This document shows, in pieces, positions 51,236 to 60,383 of a DNA stretch of 64,000 nucleotides (the first letter of the stretch is position 1; each line of letters begins with the position of its first letter). A program made the translations under genes and the position numbers. The DNA is from Chitinophagaceae bacterium (GTDB lineage: Bacteria > Bacteroidota > Bacteroidia > Chitinophagales > Chitinophagaceae): assembly GCA_016720775.1 (NCBI GenBank), contig JADKJX010000011.1, positions 8,896-72,895 on the forward strand, in the 5' to 3' direction. The notes under the pieces were generated by a model. The model had not been told where the DNA came from, did not search any database, and was given only the letters and a program-made list of their open reading frames with translations.

Positions 51236-51318
51236 AGGTTGTCAGGCTGAACTTGTAAAACATGATCAGTTACATAATAACCTTTCAATCGCCTTCGGCA
51301 AGTTCAGGCTGACAACCT
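51236..51318. repeat. 20-bp inverted repeat (REP-like) between convergent genes
   Basis: aggttgtcaggctgaacttg ... caagttcaggctgacaacct, one mismatch, 43-nt spacer. Confidence 0.7.
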
Positions 51319-51339
51319 GATTATTTGAGAGAAATAATA

Positions 51340-52173
51340 TTATTTCAAACCCTTCTGAAAATCCTGGTTTATTTTCACGTAGTCATCATTCTTTGCTTCT
51401 TTAGCCAGTTCCATTGATTTTTTTGAACTTGCCAAAGCACCTTCTTTATCACCCAGCTCTTTCTGGATCTTTGCTTTGTATATCCACATCCAGTATGCCT
51501 TATCATTTTCAGCGATGGCCTTGGTCACGTTTTCCAGTGCTTTGGGCAGGTTGGTATCGTATTCGTTGTAAAATTGTGCTGCCTGCCAGTAGGGTTTTTT
51601 ATCGGTTTGCATGGCCGCTTCTATCTGTGCTCTTACTTTATCCCTGAAATCGGCTTTTACAGTAATACCCACGTCTGTCTTCTCCCACATGATGTGCATC
51701 TCACAACTTTCGGGTTTTATATTTGCAAATACGATGGTGAAGGTTTCCATCTTCTCTTTCATTTTCATTGGCTCTACCCGGATACGGGCCACGTCTTCAC
51801 TTTCCTTGTATCCGTCGGTGCCCCAGTTCTTCAATCCTTTGTTGAATATAATATCCCACGAATCGATGCCCGGAATGGTATAGAGTACATAAGTGCCGGT
51901 ATCAATTCTTTTTCCGCCGATCTCCAGTGGTTCTGTCAAAACAATTTTTGTAGCAGCATTAGCGCCGGTACGCCATAACTTGTTGTAAGGAACCAGTTCG
52001 CCGAAAATTTTGCGGCCCTTGGCAGATGGCCTTGAGTAAGTAAGTTCAATGGAACCAATGCCGAACTCCTGCTTAACGGTTTGTGTAGTGGATGGCGCCG
52101 GCATACGCACCTGGGCAGTGCTCACAAAAGAAAAACATGAAATAGCAATGATCGGTAACAATAATTTCTTCAT
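51340..52173 (-). CDS. DUF2911 domain protein with TPR tail
   Basis: P.PS....V.Q..G...I...YSRP..KGR.IFG.LVPY.K.WRTGAN..T; G.Y.LYTIP; WG...Y. Confidence 0.88.
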   Translation of the reverse strand: MKKLLLPIIAISCFSFVSTAQVRMPAPSTTQTVKQEFGIGSIELTYSRPSAKGRKIFGELVPYNKLWRTGANAATKIVLTEPLEIGGKRIDTGTYVLYTIPGIDSWDIIFNKGLKNWGTDGYKESEDVARIRVEPMKMKEKMETFTIVFANIKPESCEMHIMWEKTDVGITVKADFRDKVRAQIEAAMQTDKKPYWQAAQFYNEYDTNLPKALENVTKAIAENDKAYWMWIYKAKIQKELGDKEGALASSKKSMELAKEAKNDDYVKINQDFQKGLK

Positions 52174-52266
52174 AAAAATGATTTAGGTGGGCTAAGGTAA
52201 TGAAATTGAACTTAAGTAGAATGGGAGGATTTAGAATTGAAAGTAGCGCATTGAACATTTTAAAAA

Positions 52267-53658
52267 TCAAAACTTCACTTTCACACTTGCAGATGTCTTT
52301 CTCCCTTTTTTCACCTTCCATTGCGGGCCTTGCATGATGAGGCGTTTGGCGGCTTCGTCGTAAGCCGGGCCAAGGGATTTGTTGATGCGGATATTGCTGA
52401 TGGTGCCGTTTGCTTTTACATCAAAACTAACTTCCACTTCACCATGAAATTCATTCTTCAGCATTTCATCCGTTATGTCGAGGTTATTGGCCACATAGGT
52501 ATTATAATTATCCCAGCCGTCTTTCGGTTCTACGTTGATGGCTGAGTCGCTTAAAACGGAAGCCCTGCGTATCTTTCCATTAAGGCCCACATCGCCGGCC
52601 TGGTTTTCCATCTTGTCTTTTAGGGCCTCCTCATTTTCCTGCAAGGTGATCTTGTTTGTAGCCTGGTTGCTCCGTAAAGAATAAGTACGGGGCTCGTAGC
52701 CTACGGATCTTATTTCAACGGTGAGTAGAGAATCGGTGGAGAAGAGGCGGAAATTTCCTTTTACATCGGCATAGGTTTCAAACTTGCCGCTCTTTACCGA
52801 AATGTTGGAGAAGGGCAGGGGTGAGTTATCAGCCGCCACCACCTGTGCATTGAAAAAATTATTTTGAGCTTTTTCGTTTTTATAGTAGTACCCGTTATTT
52901 GCATTGGCAGATTTACGCTTTAACGTTTCCGCATCGGCATCATATGTTTTAGCAAGTGCCTGGTTGCTGTTTGTCGTTTTGGTTTCTGCAGCAAAGGAAA
53001 CATTTTCTTCTGCCTTGGCAGGAGAAGTAGTTACAACACCGGCGTTCTTGCTCCTGGCAAGATCATTCATCTGTAACTTTATAGAATCGGCTGCCTGCAT
53101 CCTGCCCGGTTTGGTAACAAAGTTATCATCGAGCCTTGCCTGCGGACTGGTTTGTGAAACAACGGTATTTGTTCCTCCTTTCTTTTCATCTGCAACAGCG
53201 GGCGCACCAGGCTTTACAACAACAGGATCCTTTGCAGGAGACATGTTTGTATTGTCTTTTGTTGCTGGAGCCGGTACAGTAATATTGTTATCGGCTTTGG
53301 CTATTTGCGGAGTTGTTTTCTCTTCTGTTTTATTTTTTGTGAGGATCACGGTTAGTGCAGTGCCAACGCCTATGACCAATACAGCCGCCGCGGCTTTCCA
53401 CCACCTGCCCGTTGAATACCGCATGGGAACAACTTTGGCTCCGGTACCTGCTTCGGCCAATTGTTTATGGGCCAGGGCAAGTTGTTTTTCCCATTCCTTG
53501 TCGGTCATGGCGCCGTAACCTTCCATGGCTTCTGCAAGAAAGGAGTCATCCAATGCTGCTTTTTCCATGGCATGCATCTGCTGTACGGTAAGTTTGCCCG
53601 AGAAATATTTTTCAATATCCTGTGCGGTATAGGCCATATTTTTATTGTCGCTGCTCAT
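52267..53658 (-). CDS. Putative anti-sigma factor: TM, carboxypeptidase-regulatory-like domain and TonB C-terminal domain
   Basis: N-terminal I..Y..G.L...MH.ME..AL.D.FLAEAMEG; WWKAAA TM; V...D..PL....I....G.F.L; P..GW..Y..Y...NL...G.V.V.F.V...G.I.N..I...L....D..A.RL...GP.W. Confidence 0.7.
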   Translation of the reverse strand: MSSDNKNMAYTAQDIEKYFSGKLTVQQMHAMEKAALDDSFLAEAMEGYGAMTDKEWEKQLALAHKQLAEAGTGAKVVPMRYSTGRWWKAAAAVLVIGVGTALTVILTKNKTEEKTTPQIAKADNNITVPAPATKDNTNMSPAKDPVVVKPGAPAVADEKKGGTNTVVSQTSPQARLDDNFVTKPGRMQAADSIKLQMNDLARSKNAGVVTTSPAKAEENVSFAAETKTTNSNQALAKTYDADAETLKRKSANANNGYYYKNEKAQNNFFNAQVVAADNSPLPFSNISVKSGKFETYADVKGNFRLFSTDSLLTVEIRSVGYEPRTYSLRSNQATNKITLQENEEALKDKMENQAGDVGLNGKIRRASVLSDSAINVEPKDGWDNYNTYVANNLDITDEMLKNEFHGEVEVSFDVKANGTISNIRINKSLGPAYDEAAKRLIMQGPQWKVKKGRKTSASVKVKF

Positions 53659-53673
53659 TTGTCAATAAGGTCA

Positions 53674-54255
53674 TCAGATATTTACCTGTTTTTCTTCCAT
53701 GCATATTTTCAGGTTCCGCTTGCCATTCTGGATATAGCTTCTCACTTTGTTCCAGTCATACCCGGTTATTTCTGCTATTTCATTGTAACATTTCTGATCC
53801 AGGTAAAACAGCATCACCGTCCTTTTCTGTTCATCGGCCAGGGTGTCCATGCATTGCTCTAATTTCTTAAAATTTTCTTCTTTTTCCAACGCCTCGCCAT
53901 TCAGATGCGTATTTTGTTCGGAATACATAAAAGTAGCGCTGAATTCTGTGGTTTTCAGGTTGCGTGGACTGCGGAGTTGCATCAGGCAATAATTGCGTGT
54001 CAACACATGCAGCCAGCCCTTAAAATTATCCACTTCATGCACCCGCAGTTTGGTATGCAGTTCGTTGAAGATATCCATCACGGCATCTTTGCAACGTTCC
54101 GGGTCTTTGAAGTATTTAAGGCACACACCAAATACCAGGTCCATATAACGTTGGTACAGGATGCTCAACAGGTTCATATCGCCTGTTTCCTTGTAGGCAA
54201 TAAGCAATTCCTTATCACTTGAATCTTGTGGAGATATGTTCTTTAAAAATGTCAA
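53674..54255 (-). CDS. ECF RNA polymerase sigma-70 factor
   Basis: LY.RY...V.G.CL.Y......DA.MD.F; F..WL....RN; L...Q.....FY.....Y.EIA..TG....V.S.IQNG.RNL. Confidence 0.92.
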   Translation of the reverse strand: MTFLKNISPQDSSDKELLIAYKETGDMNLLSILYQRYMDLVFGVCLKYFKDPERCKDAVMDIFNELHTKLRVHEVDNFKGWLHVLTRNYCLMQLRSPRNLKTTEFSATFMYSEQNTHLNGEALEKEENFKKLEQCMDTLADEQKRTVMLFYLDQKCYNEIAEITGYDWNKVRSYIQNGKRNLKICMEEKQVNI

Positions 54256-54278
54256 TATCCGTTTTTGTTTCTGTATGG

Positions 54279-55106
54279 CTATTCAAAAAACACTTTCACT
54301 GTCTGGTAGAACAGGCGGCTGTTCAGGTACTGGCTCTGCTGTAATTGTCTTTCCGAAAATCCCTGCAGTCCCAATAACCCGGCAGCATTTCCTTTGTTAA
54401 TGGCAATCTCCAGGTAGCCGGCTGAATTGAATAAAGCCAGTTTTTCGCCTTCGTTCACATCGGCGTAAGTATCACTTATTCTGTCTATTACTTCGTCTCT
54501 TTTAAATACAATTTTAAAGCTGCGGCCCTTGCGTTGTTCTTCAAATTCATCCCGGTGTATGTTCACGATCACGTTTTCGAAGTTATCGGTAAAGATGATC
54601 TGTCCTTCTATATAATCGTTCCCGAGCAAAGGCCTCAATGGATTTTTAACGTGGATAGAGATATCCAGGCTGCCGATCTCCTCTATCTTTTTTCCGCTGT
54701 TAAGTTCCTTAAAGGCGGCCGCAAATACGGATGTGCAATACAGGGTATTTTTCTGCTCGTTCTTACCCAAATTTAGTGCAACCACTTTTTGAGGTATCTC
54801 TTCCAATATCATGGTAAGCAGTCCATTATCGGCACATCCAATGTAATGTCCGTTATGTTCAGCCAGTAACATGTGCTCTGGTTTTTCATCAAACAGATTG
54901 ACCAGCACCAGGTGAAATGTTCCCGCGGGAAAATTCTTTATGGCATTTCTGCATACATAGGCTGCCTGCGGATAGTTGAAAGGGGAAAGCTCATGCGATA
55001 TATCCACAATACTGAAATCGCTGTTCTCCTGCAACAACTGTCCTTTGACCGCACCCACCAGGAAATCCTGCCGGCCGATATCGGATGTAAGCGTTAGTAA
55101 AGGCAT
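54279..55106 (-). CDS. DUF62 SAM hydroxide adenosyltransferase family protein
   Basis: LTLTSD.G..D..VG.VKG; DISH...PF; ADNG; G.II..DNF.N..N; FNS.G.LEIA.N.GNA..LLG. Confidence 0.88.
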   Translation of the reverse strand: MPLLTLTSDIGRQDFLVGAVKGQLLQENSDFSIVDISHELSPFNYPQAAYVCRNAIKNFPAGTFHLVLVNLFDEKPEHMLLAEHNGHYIGCADNGLLTMILEEIPQKVVALNLGKNEQKNTLYCTSVFAAAFKELNSGKKIEEIGSLDISIHVKNPLRPLLGNDYIEGQIIFTDNFENVIVNIHRDEFEEQRKGRSFKIVFKRDEVIDRISDTYADVNEGEKLALFNSAGYLEIAINKGNAAGLLGLQGFSERQLQQSQYLNSRLFYQTVKVFFE

Positions 55107-55119
55107 TGTTTGTTGATCT

Positions 55120-55207
55120 GTTAACTGGTTAATTGGTTAATTAGTTTATTGGTTAATCCGTTAATCCGTACATACTAACTAACCAATTAACATATAAACG
55201 GATTAAC
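55120..55207. repeat. Inverted pair of 8-nt micro-arrays (gttaattg / caattaac) with a ~6-nt loop
   Basis: gttaactg gttaattg gttaatta gtttattg gttaatcc gttaatcc g, then ctaactaa ccaattaa catataaa cggattaa c. Confidence 0.8.
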
Positions 55208-56012
55208 GCACAAGTTCCCCGTTTTTAAAAAAGAAATTCTTTGTCAGTTTATCAGTCAGCCCGGGAAATAACTTATTCATAAAAACGGTTCGCTTGCCGG
55301 TGAAGGTAAGCACCAGTGTTCTTTTCCTTTTTTCGATGGCGTTTAAGATATGTGTGGCACATGCTTCTGAACTCATCATCTTTCCTTCGTCCATCGGGCT
55401 TTCTCCCTGGGATTGTCCTTTTTTGTTCAATGCTTTATTGCGGATATTTGAAGCAGTGAAACCGGGGCATACCCACATCACGTTTACGCCACTATCGAGC
55501 AACTCGGTCCGGAGCGCTTCGAGAAAACCATTCACGGCAAATTTGCTGGCGCTGTAACCACTACGGCCGGGCAGTCCACGGAAACCGGCAATAGAAGATA
55601 TCCCCACAATGCTTCCATTCCGCTCAATGATGGAGTTAAGGGCCAGTTTGGTGCAATAGAGCGTTCCGGAGAAATTTACGTCCATTACTTTTTGGATGAC
55701 CTCCACTTCAAGGTCCTTCAGCAATGCCCGCATGGATATTCCGGCGTTGTTGATCAGGATATCTATTCCGCCAAAAACCCGGATGGTTGAATCAATGAAG
55801 TTTTTACAATCGTTGTAGTTACTCACATCGGCCACCATGGTATGCAATGGCTTGCCGGAATGCAGGAGCTGCAGATCATAGAGTTTATCCTGGTTGCGGG
55901 CACAGGTAGCCACTTTAGCTCCCTGTAGCAGCAATGCATCGGTAAGTGCCTTGCCAATGCCGTCGCTTCCGCCTGTAATGACCACTACCTTGTTTTTGAA
56001 AAAATCTGTCAT
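55203..56012 (-). CDS. SDR family oxidoreductase
   Basis: ITGGSDGIG; NNAG; S; YSASK. Confidence 0.93.
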   Translation of the reverse strand: MTDFFKNKVVVITGGSDGIGKALTDALLLQGAKVATCARNQDKLYDLQLLHSGKPLHTMVADVSNYNDCKNFIDSTIRVFGGIDILINNAGISMRALLKDLEVEVIQKVMDVNFSGTLYCTKLALNSIIERNGSIVGISSIAGFRGLPGRSGYSASKFAVNGFLEALRTELLDSGVNVMWVCPGFTASNIRNKALNKKGQSQGESPMDEGKMMSSEACATHILNAIEKRKRTLVLTFTGKRTVFMNKLFPGLTDKLTKNFFFKNGELVR

Positions 56013-56085
56013 AAGAATATTGACAAAAATAGGTGAGTTCCGGCGCTGTTTGAAAACAAATTGGGGAAAAACTTTCTGTAAATAA

Positions 56086-56116
56086 TTTGATACAAACCCT
56101 TTTTGCCTTATTTTTG
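56086..56116 (+). promoter_or_regulatory. Bacteroidota housekeeping promoter (-33 TTTG / -7 TAnnTTTG) for tRNA-Lys
   Basis: tttg (56086-56089), 19 nt, then tatttttg (56109-56116). Confidence 0.7.
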
Positions 56117-56140
56117 CACTCCCTTTAAAAAAAGGGTGTC

Positions 56141-56213
56141 GATTTGGTAGCTCAGTTGGTAGAGCAATACACTTTTAATGTATGGGTCCTGGGTTCGAGT
56201 CCCAGCCAGATCA
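56141..56213 (+). tRNA. tRNA-Lys (TTT), CCA not encoded
   Basis: GATTTGG acceptor pairs with CCAGATC; anticodon arm ATACA-CTTTTAA-TGTAT; T arm CTGGG-TTCGAGT-CCCAG. Confidence 0.95.
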
Positions 56214-56217
56214 CAAG

Positions 56218-56247
56218 AAAACCGGTTGATTTTCGACCGGGTTTTTT
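56218..56247. terminator. Terminator between tRNA-Lys and the convergent acyltransferase gene
   Basis: ccggttga-ttt-tcgaccgg followed by a T run. Confidence 0.7.
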
Positions 56248-57268
56248 ATACCGTCAATAAACTGCATCCCCGTATGTCGCTGGAGTCCATTCTGCCCAGC
56301 ACTTCAAAACTTTCATTACTGTGCAGGCGGGCAATATCATCGGTGGCAATAAAACTGCAACTGTAGATATTGGCAAGATCAATGATGTTTATGGCACCGG
56401 TCAATGGATGGTTGATGGCTCCTTCGGCACTCGTCACGTGAAACGGATCATCTTCATCTCTCAGCAGAATTTTCATCCATGCGGGGCAATGAAAAATTCC
56501 ATCACCCTTTGAATAGGCCTGTGATAATAATTCCGTCATGCCGTATTCGGAATGTACCAGGCCGATGGCAAACTGCTTTTGTAACAGTTCATGCACCTGC
56601 TGCCGGGTCATTTCTTCTCTTCTTCCTTTCATGCCGCCGGTTTCCATCACAATGGTATGCCGCAACTGCATGGGATACTTTTCTGCAAATTCCAGCAACG
56701 CATAGGTGACCCCGATGAGCAAGGTAGGCATCTTAAGCAATTCGTTGTGAAGGATGGTGCGATGAAGCTTTTCAAGATCATATAGGTAAAAACCGCTCAA
56801 TGGGTCGGCGCTTGCTTTTATCAGTTCATCTGTCATCATTACCAGCGATGAATTATTTCTTTCCAGGTAAGATGGTAATAAGCCAAGGATACATTTTGAC
56901 ATGGGTGATCCGTAAAACCGTTCATAACAGGTCATGAAACTTTTTCGGTAAACGGTAAGGTCTTTTACCAAATGCCTGCTGTTAATGGACGTGGTTGTTC
57001 CGCTGCTTTCAAAAACGGCTTCCGGTTCAAACTCCGTTGTTTTAACCGGGTGTGTTTTAAAGAATGAAACGGGGAGGAAGGGGATCTTTTCCAACCGGTC
57101 AACCGCAGCAACATCTGTATTGATCACATCGCAATACTGCTGATAAACGGGGTTGTGTTCGTACTGAAACCGGAAAATTTCCAGGGCCAATGCTGAAAAG
57201 TTATCTGCAGAAGCAGCAAATACTTTTTTTTCGAGGTCTGTATTTTTAACGGTTTCTTTCACCGGCAA
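56246..57268 (-). CDS. LuxE-like acyl-protein synthetase family protein (Bacteroidota acyl transferase)
   Basis: IPFLP..FFK; FESSGTT; LLPSY.ER..SSL..M; METGGMKGRR.E; SEYGMTEL.SQAY; IDLAN..SCSFIAT.D; LGR.D....RGC. Confidence 0.85.
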   Translation of the reverse strand: MPVKETVKNTDLEKKVFAASADNFSALALEIFRFQYEHNPVYQQYCDVINTDVAAVDRLEKIPFLPVSFFKTHPVKTTEFEPEAVFESSGTTTSINSRHLVKDLTVYRKSFMTCYERFYGSPMSKCILGLLPSYLERNNSSLVMMTDELIKASADPLSGFYLYDLEKLHRTILHNELLKMPTLLIGVTYALLEFAEKYPMQLRHTIVMETGGMKGRREEMTRQQVHELLQKQFAIGLVHSEYGMTELLSQAYSKGDGIFHCPAWMKILLRDEDDPFHVTSAEGAINHPLTGAINIIDLANIYSCSFIATDDIARLHSNESFEVLGRMDSSDIRGCSLLTV

Positions 57269-57294
57269 TGATTAAATTTGACAAACAAAACAAA

Positions 57295-57753
57295 ATGATG
57301 CGTTACGCTATATTAGTGATCTCCGTGCTTATCTTTTGCACCGCCTGTAAAAAAGACAAATTTACAACGGCTCCTCAAATAAAATATAAATCCCTTTCGC
57401 ACAATGCAGTTGATCTTTCCCCTACCAGCGCCGTGCCGGTTGTTACCCTGCATATTACGGATGCAGAAGGAGACCTGGGTAACTCTGCCAATGGCACATC
57501 ATTCGTTTACATGACAAACAAGCTTACCAACACCTTTGATTCTGTTCCTTTCCCCGACCTGCAGAGTGCTGCCAAGAAAGATTTTGCAGCAGATATTGAT
57601 GTAACGATCGGTAAAGTGCTTAAATGCCGCTCACTGCCGGGTAATCCCTTGCATACAGATACCCTGTATTTTGAGTTTTATGTAAAGGATTTTGCCAATA
57701 ACAAAAGTAATGTAGTAACAACACCCGAACCGGTATTTTTTATCTGCCGCTAA
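57295..57753 (+). CDS. Hypothetical lipoprotein
   Basis: Lipobox FCTAC-KKD; TD.EGD.G motif; TAAATTTG promoter at 57273-57280. Confidence 0.65.
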   Translation: MMRYAILVISVLIFCTACKKDKFTTAPQIKYKSLSHNAVDLSPTSAVPVVTLHITDAEGDLGNSANGTSFVYMTNKLTNTFDSVPFPDLQSAAKKDFAADIDVTIGKVLKCRSLPGNPLHTDTLYFEFYVKDFANNKSNVVTTPEPVFFICR

Positions 57754-58584
57754 ATGAAATGGTTTCATTTCATCCTGTCTCATTCCATCTTTGTTGCTTT
57801 TTGTGCGGTGGCCCTGTCTTTTCAAACGGGTCAATTGCTCCATGTTGATATACCAGCCTTTTTATACGGGTTCATTTTTTTTGCCACGCTGTGCAGTTAT
57901 AATTTTTACTGGATACTGAGCCGCTTTGCATTTTCAGGCAATGTGCCGGTTGCTGCCTTTCTGAAAAAGGAAGCAACGGGGATAGCGCTTTTTGCAATTT
58001 CTTCGATCGGCCTTTTTATTTGCCTGCTGATGTCTTCTGTTCAGTTGATCCATGTTGCCATCGCAGTTTTACTTACCGTTGTTTATTCCATTCCACTGCT
58101 GCCGTTTACCTTTTTACATTTTACCCGCAAGGCCGGCGTATTGAAAACTGTTCTGCTGGCATTCACCTGGGCTTATGTAACCGCTTTCCTGCCTTTACAA
58201 AAGGACTGGTTGCTGATGAGCAGTGCCGATGTGTTTATTCTTACCCGGCGCTTTTTATTCATGCTGATGCTCTGCATCATTTTTGATAACCGGGATGAAG
58301 CTGTTGATAAGATCAGGGGATTACACAGTCTGGCCACCGATCTTAAACCAAACCAACTTCTCCTGCTGATCGCTGTTATCTTTATCATTTTGTTTGGCAC
58401 CAATTTTCTTTCGGTGAACTATGGAATAAGCCTTGCGCAATCCATCGCCTTGCAAACCTCTACCATTGCCCTGCTCGTTGTTTATTACTTCAGCACACGC
58501 AAACAGGGTTATCTTTTCTATTATTTTATTGTGGATGGATTGATGTTGTTTTCTGCCTTAACAACATTCGTAGCCGGTATTTGA
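57754..58584 (+). CDS. UbiA-like polytopic membrane protein
   Basis: About 8 TM helices; Y; FDNRD..VD...GL.SLA resembles the second UbiA acidic motif. Confidence 0.5.
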   Translation: MKWFHFILSHSIFVAFCAVALSFQTGQLLHVDIPAFLYGFIFFATLCSYNFYWILSRFAFSGNVPVAAFLKKEATGIALFAISSIGLFICLLMSSVQLIHVAIAVLLTVVYSIPLLPFTFLHFTRKAGVLKTVLLAFTWAYVTAFLPLQKDWLLMSSADVFILTRRFLFMLMLCIIFDNRDEAVDKIRGLHSLATDLKPNQLLLLIAVIFIILFGTNFLSVNYGISLAQSIALQTSTIALLVVYYFSTRKQGYLFYYFIVDGLMLFSALTTFVAGI

Positions 58585-58609
58585 TTAATTTTGCCGTAAA
58601 CCGATCAAT

Positions 58610-59713
58610 ATGGCAACAGCAAAAAAAGCAAAATCTATCCTCAGCGAACAATCTTACTCTTTTTTAAAGAACTATATAAACAACCCTTCTCCAACAGGTT
58701 TTGAAAGCAGCGGACAGAAACTCTGGCTTGAGTACATTCGTCCGCACGTAGATACTGTTTTTACTGATCCATACGGAACTGCGGTTGGCGTGGTCAATCC
58801 CAATGCCTCTTTTAAAGTGGTGATTGAAGCGCATGCAGATGAGATCAGCTGGTTTGTGAATTATATTTCTCCCGAAGGGTTGATCTACCTGAAGCGCAAT
58901 GGGGGAGTGGATCACCAGATCGCTCCATCCATGCGGGTGAATATCCATGGTAAGAAAGGATTGGTGAAAGCGGTTTTTGGCTGGCCCGCCATTCATACCC
59001 GGATGGGTGGTGGTGAAAAGGAAACACAACCCAAAGTTGATAACCTGTTCCTTGATTGCGGGGCAAGAAATAAAAAAGAAGTGGAGGCATTAGGCATTCA
59101 CGTCGGTGCTGTGGTAACTTACGAACAGGGTTATGAAGAACTGGCGTATGATTACCTGATCGGCCGTGCATTTGATAACCGCATCGGCGGGTTCATGATC
59201 GCTGAAGTAGCCCGTATGCTGAAGGCGAATAAGAAAAAACTTCCGTTTGCTTTATACGTGGTGAATGCGGTACAGGAAGAGATCGGCTTGCGGGGTGCAG
59301 AAATGATCGCCCGCAGAATTAAACCCGATGTGGCCATCATCACCGATGTAACACACGATACTACCACACCGATGATCAACAAACTGGTGGAGGGAGAATG
59401 CAGTTGCGGCAAAGGTCCGTCGCTTACTTACGGCCCGGCCGTGCATAACAAACTGCTGGATGTGATACAGGCAGCGGGGGTAAAAAATAAGATACCGTTG
59501 CAATACCATGCGGTAAGCCGCAGCACCGGTACCGATACGGATTCCTTTGCGTATGCCAACGATGGATGCCCTTCTGCATTGATATCAATTCCGCTGCGCT
59601 ATATGCATACTACCGTAGAGATGCTGCACAAGTTGGATATTGAGAATACCATTAAGCTGATGTATGAAACATTGCTCACGATAACCCCAAAAACAAAACT
59701 GAGTTATTTTTAA
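58610..59713 (+). CDS. M42 family metallopeptidase
   Basis: AHADEI; RAFDNR.G; VQEE.GLRGA; DVTHD; GTD; SIP.RY.HT..E. Confidence 0.93.
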   Translation: MATAKKAKSILSEQSYSFLKNYINNPSPTGFESSGQKLWLEYIRPHVDTVFTDPYGTAVGVVNPNASFKVVIEAHADEISWFVNYISPEGLIYLKRNGGVDHQIAPSMRVNIHGKKGLVKAVFGWPAIHTRMGGGEKETQPKVDNLFLDCGARNKKEVEALGIHVGAVVTYEQGYEELAYDYLIGRAFDNRIGGFMIAEVARMLKANKKKLPFALYVVNAVQEEIGLRGAEMIARRIKPDVAIITDVTHDTTTPMINKLVEGECSCGKGPSLTYGPAVHNKLLDVIQAAGVKNKIPLQYHAVSRSTGTDTDSFAYANDGCPSALISIPLRYMHTTVEMLHKLDIENTIKLMYETLLTITPKTKLSYF

Positions 59714-59763
59714 ACTTGGTTGCAGCTATTTTGTTTGGCATATCATTGATGAATTAAATTTAA

Positions 59764-60228
59764 ATGGAAGACAGGTTTTTAAAATATTCGAAGCTGTATG
59801 CACTGATCTTTTTATTATTCCTGTCGGTGCCGGTGATCATCGGGCTGGCTATCTTCTTTTTTTGGGGCTTTTCAAAACTGGTCTCATCAAGCATTGTTGA
59901 CGTCATCTTTGGTCTCGGGATCATAACCATTCCGCCCGCGCTTTTTTCAACCGTGCATTTGATATTTTATAAAAGAACCAAACGACATCCCGCTGTATGG
60001 GTGCGTTATATCTCTTATCCCTTTTTTGCAGTTGGGATCGTTTTCAGTATTTATGTTTTAATGACAGACCTTATTGCATTCTTCAGCTATTACTCCACTG
60101 ATATTGCATCTTATAATTGTTACAGCCTTATTTACATGGCTGGCAATATTGCCGGGCTTTTTATCATTGCCCTCATGCAGGCATTTACTACCAATAAAGA
60201 GGTTGACTGGATGGACCGGCATCGCTGA
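59764..60228 (+). CDS. Hypothetical membrane protein (4 TM)
   Basis: Hydrophobic helices and a C-terminal E.DWM motif; no family recognised. Confidence 0.55.
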   Translation: MEDRFLKYSKLYALIFLLFLSVPVIIGLAIFFFWGFSKLVSSSIVDVIFGLGIITIPPALFSTVHLIFYKRTKRHPAVWVRYISYPFFAVGIVFSIYVLMTDLIAFFSYYSTDIASYNCYSLIYMAGNIAGLFIIALMQAFTTNKEVDWMDRHR

Positions 60229-60253
60229 TCTGATCTTCCGCAGGTATAAAATA

Positions 60254-60287
60254 AAATTCCCATTCCGTAGAAACGGAACGGGAATTT
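60254..60287. terminator. Terminator between convergent genes (downstream of lon)
   Basis: aaattccc-a-ttccgt-agaa-acggaa-c-gggaattt. Confidence 0.7.
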
Positions 60288-60383
60288 CTTTAACCCTTAA
60301 ACAACCAACATGAATCTGTTGATTAACTTAACCAAAATATATACGGTTAAATGATGCCGATGGTTGTCTGGTTGCATAAAATT

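Noticed and set aside
54279-55106. Fluorinase/chlorinase (halogenase) activity
   Set aside because: Housekeeping context; most DUF62 members are SAM hydroxide adenosyltransferases, and nothing here supports halometabolite synthesis.
56246-57268. Bioluminescence (lux) operon
   Set aside because: Lone LuxE-like gene with no luxA/B/C/D.
59736-59750. Sigma54-like site TGGCATATCATTGAT before the hypothetical membrane gene
   Set aside because: The GG-to-G(C/A) spacing is 9 nt rather than the required 10, and -12 is GA.
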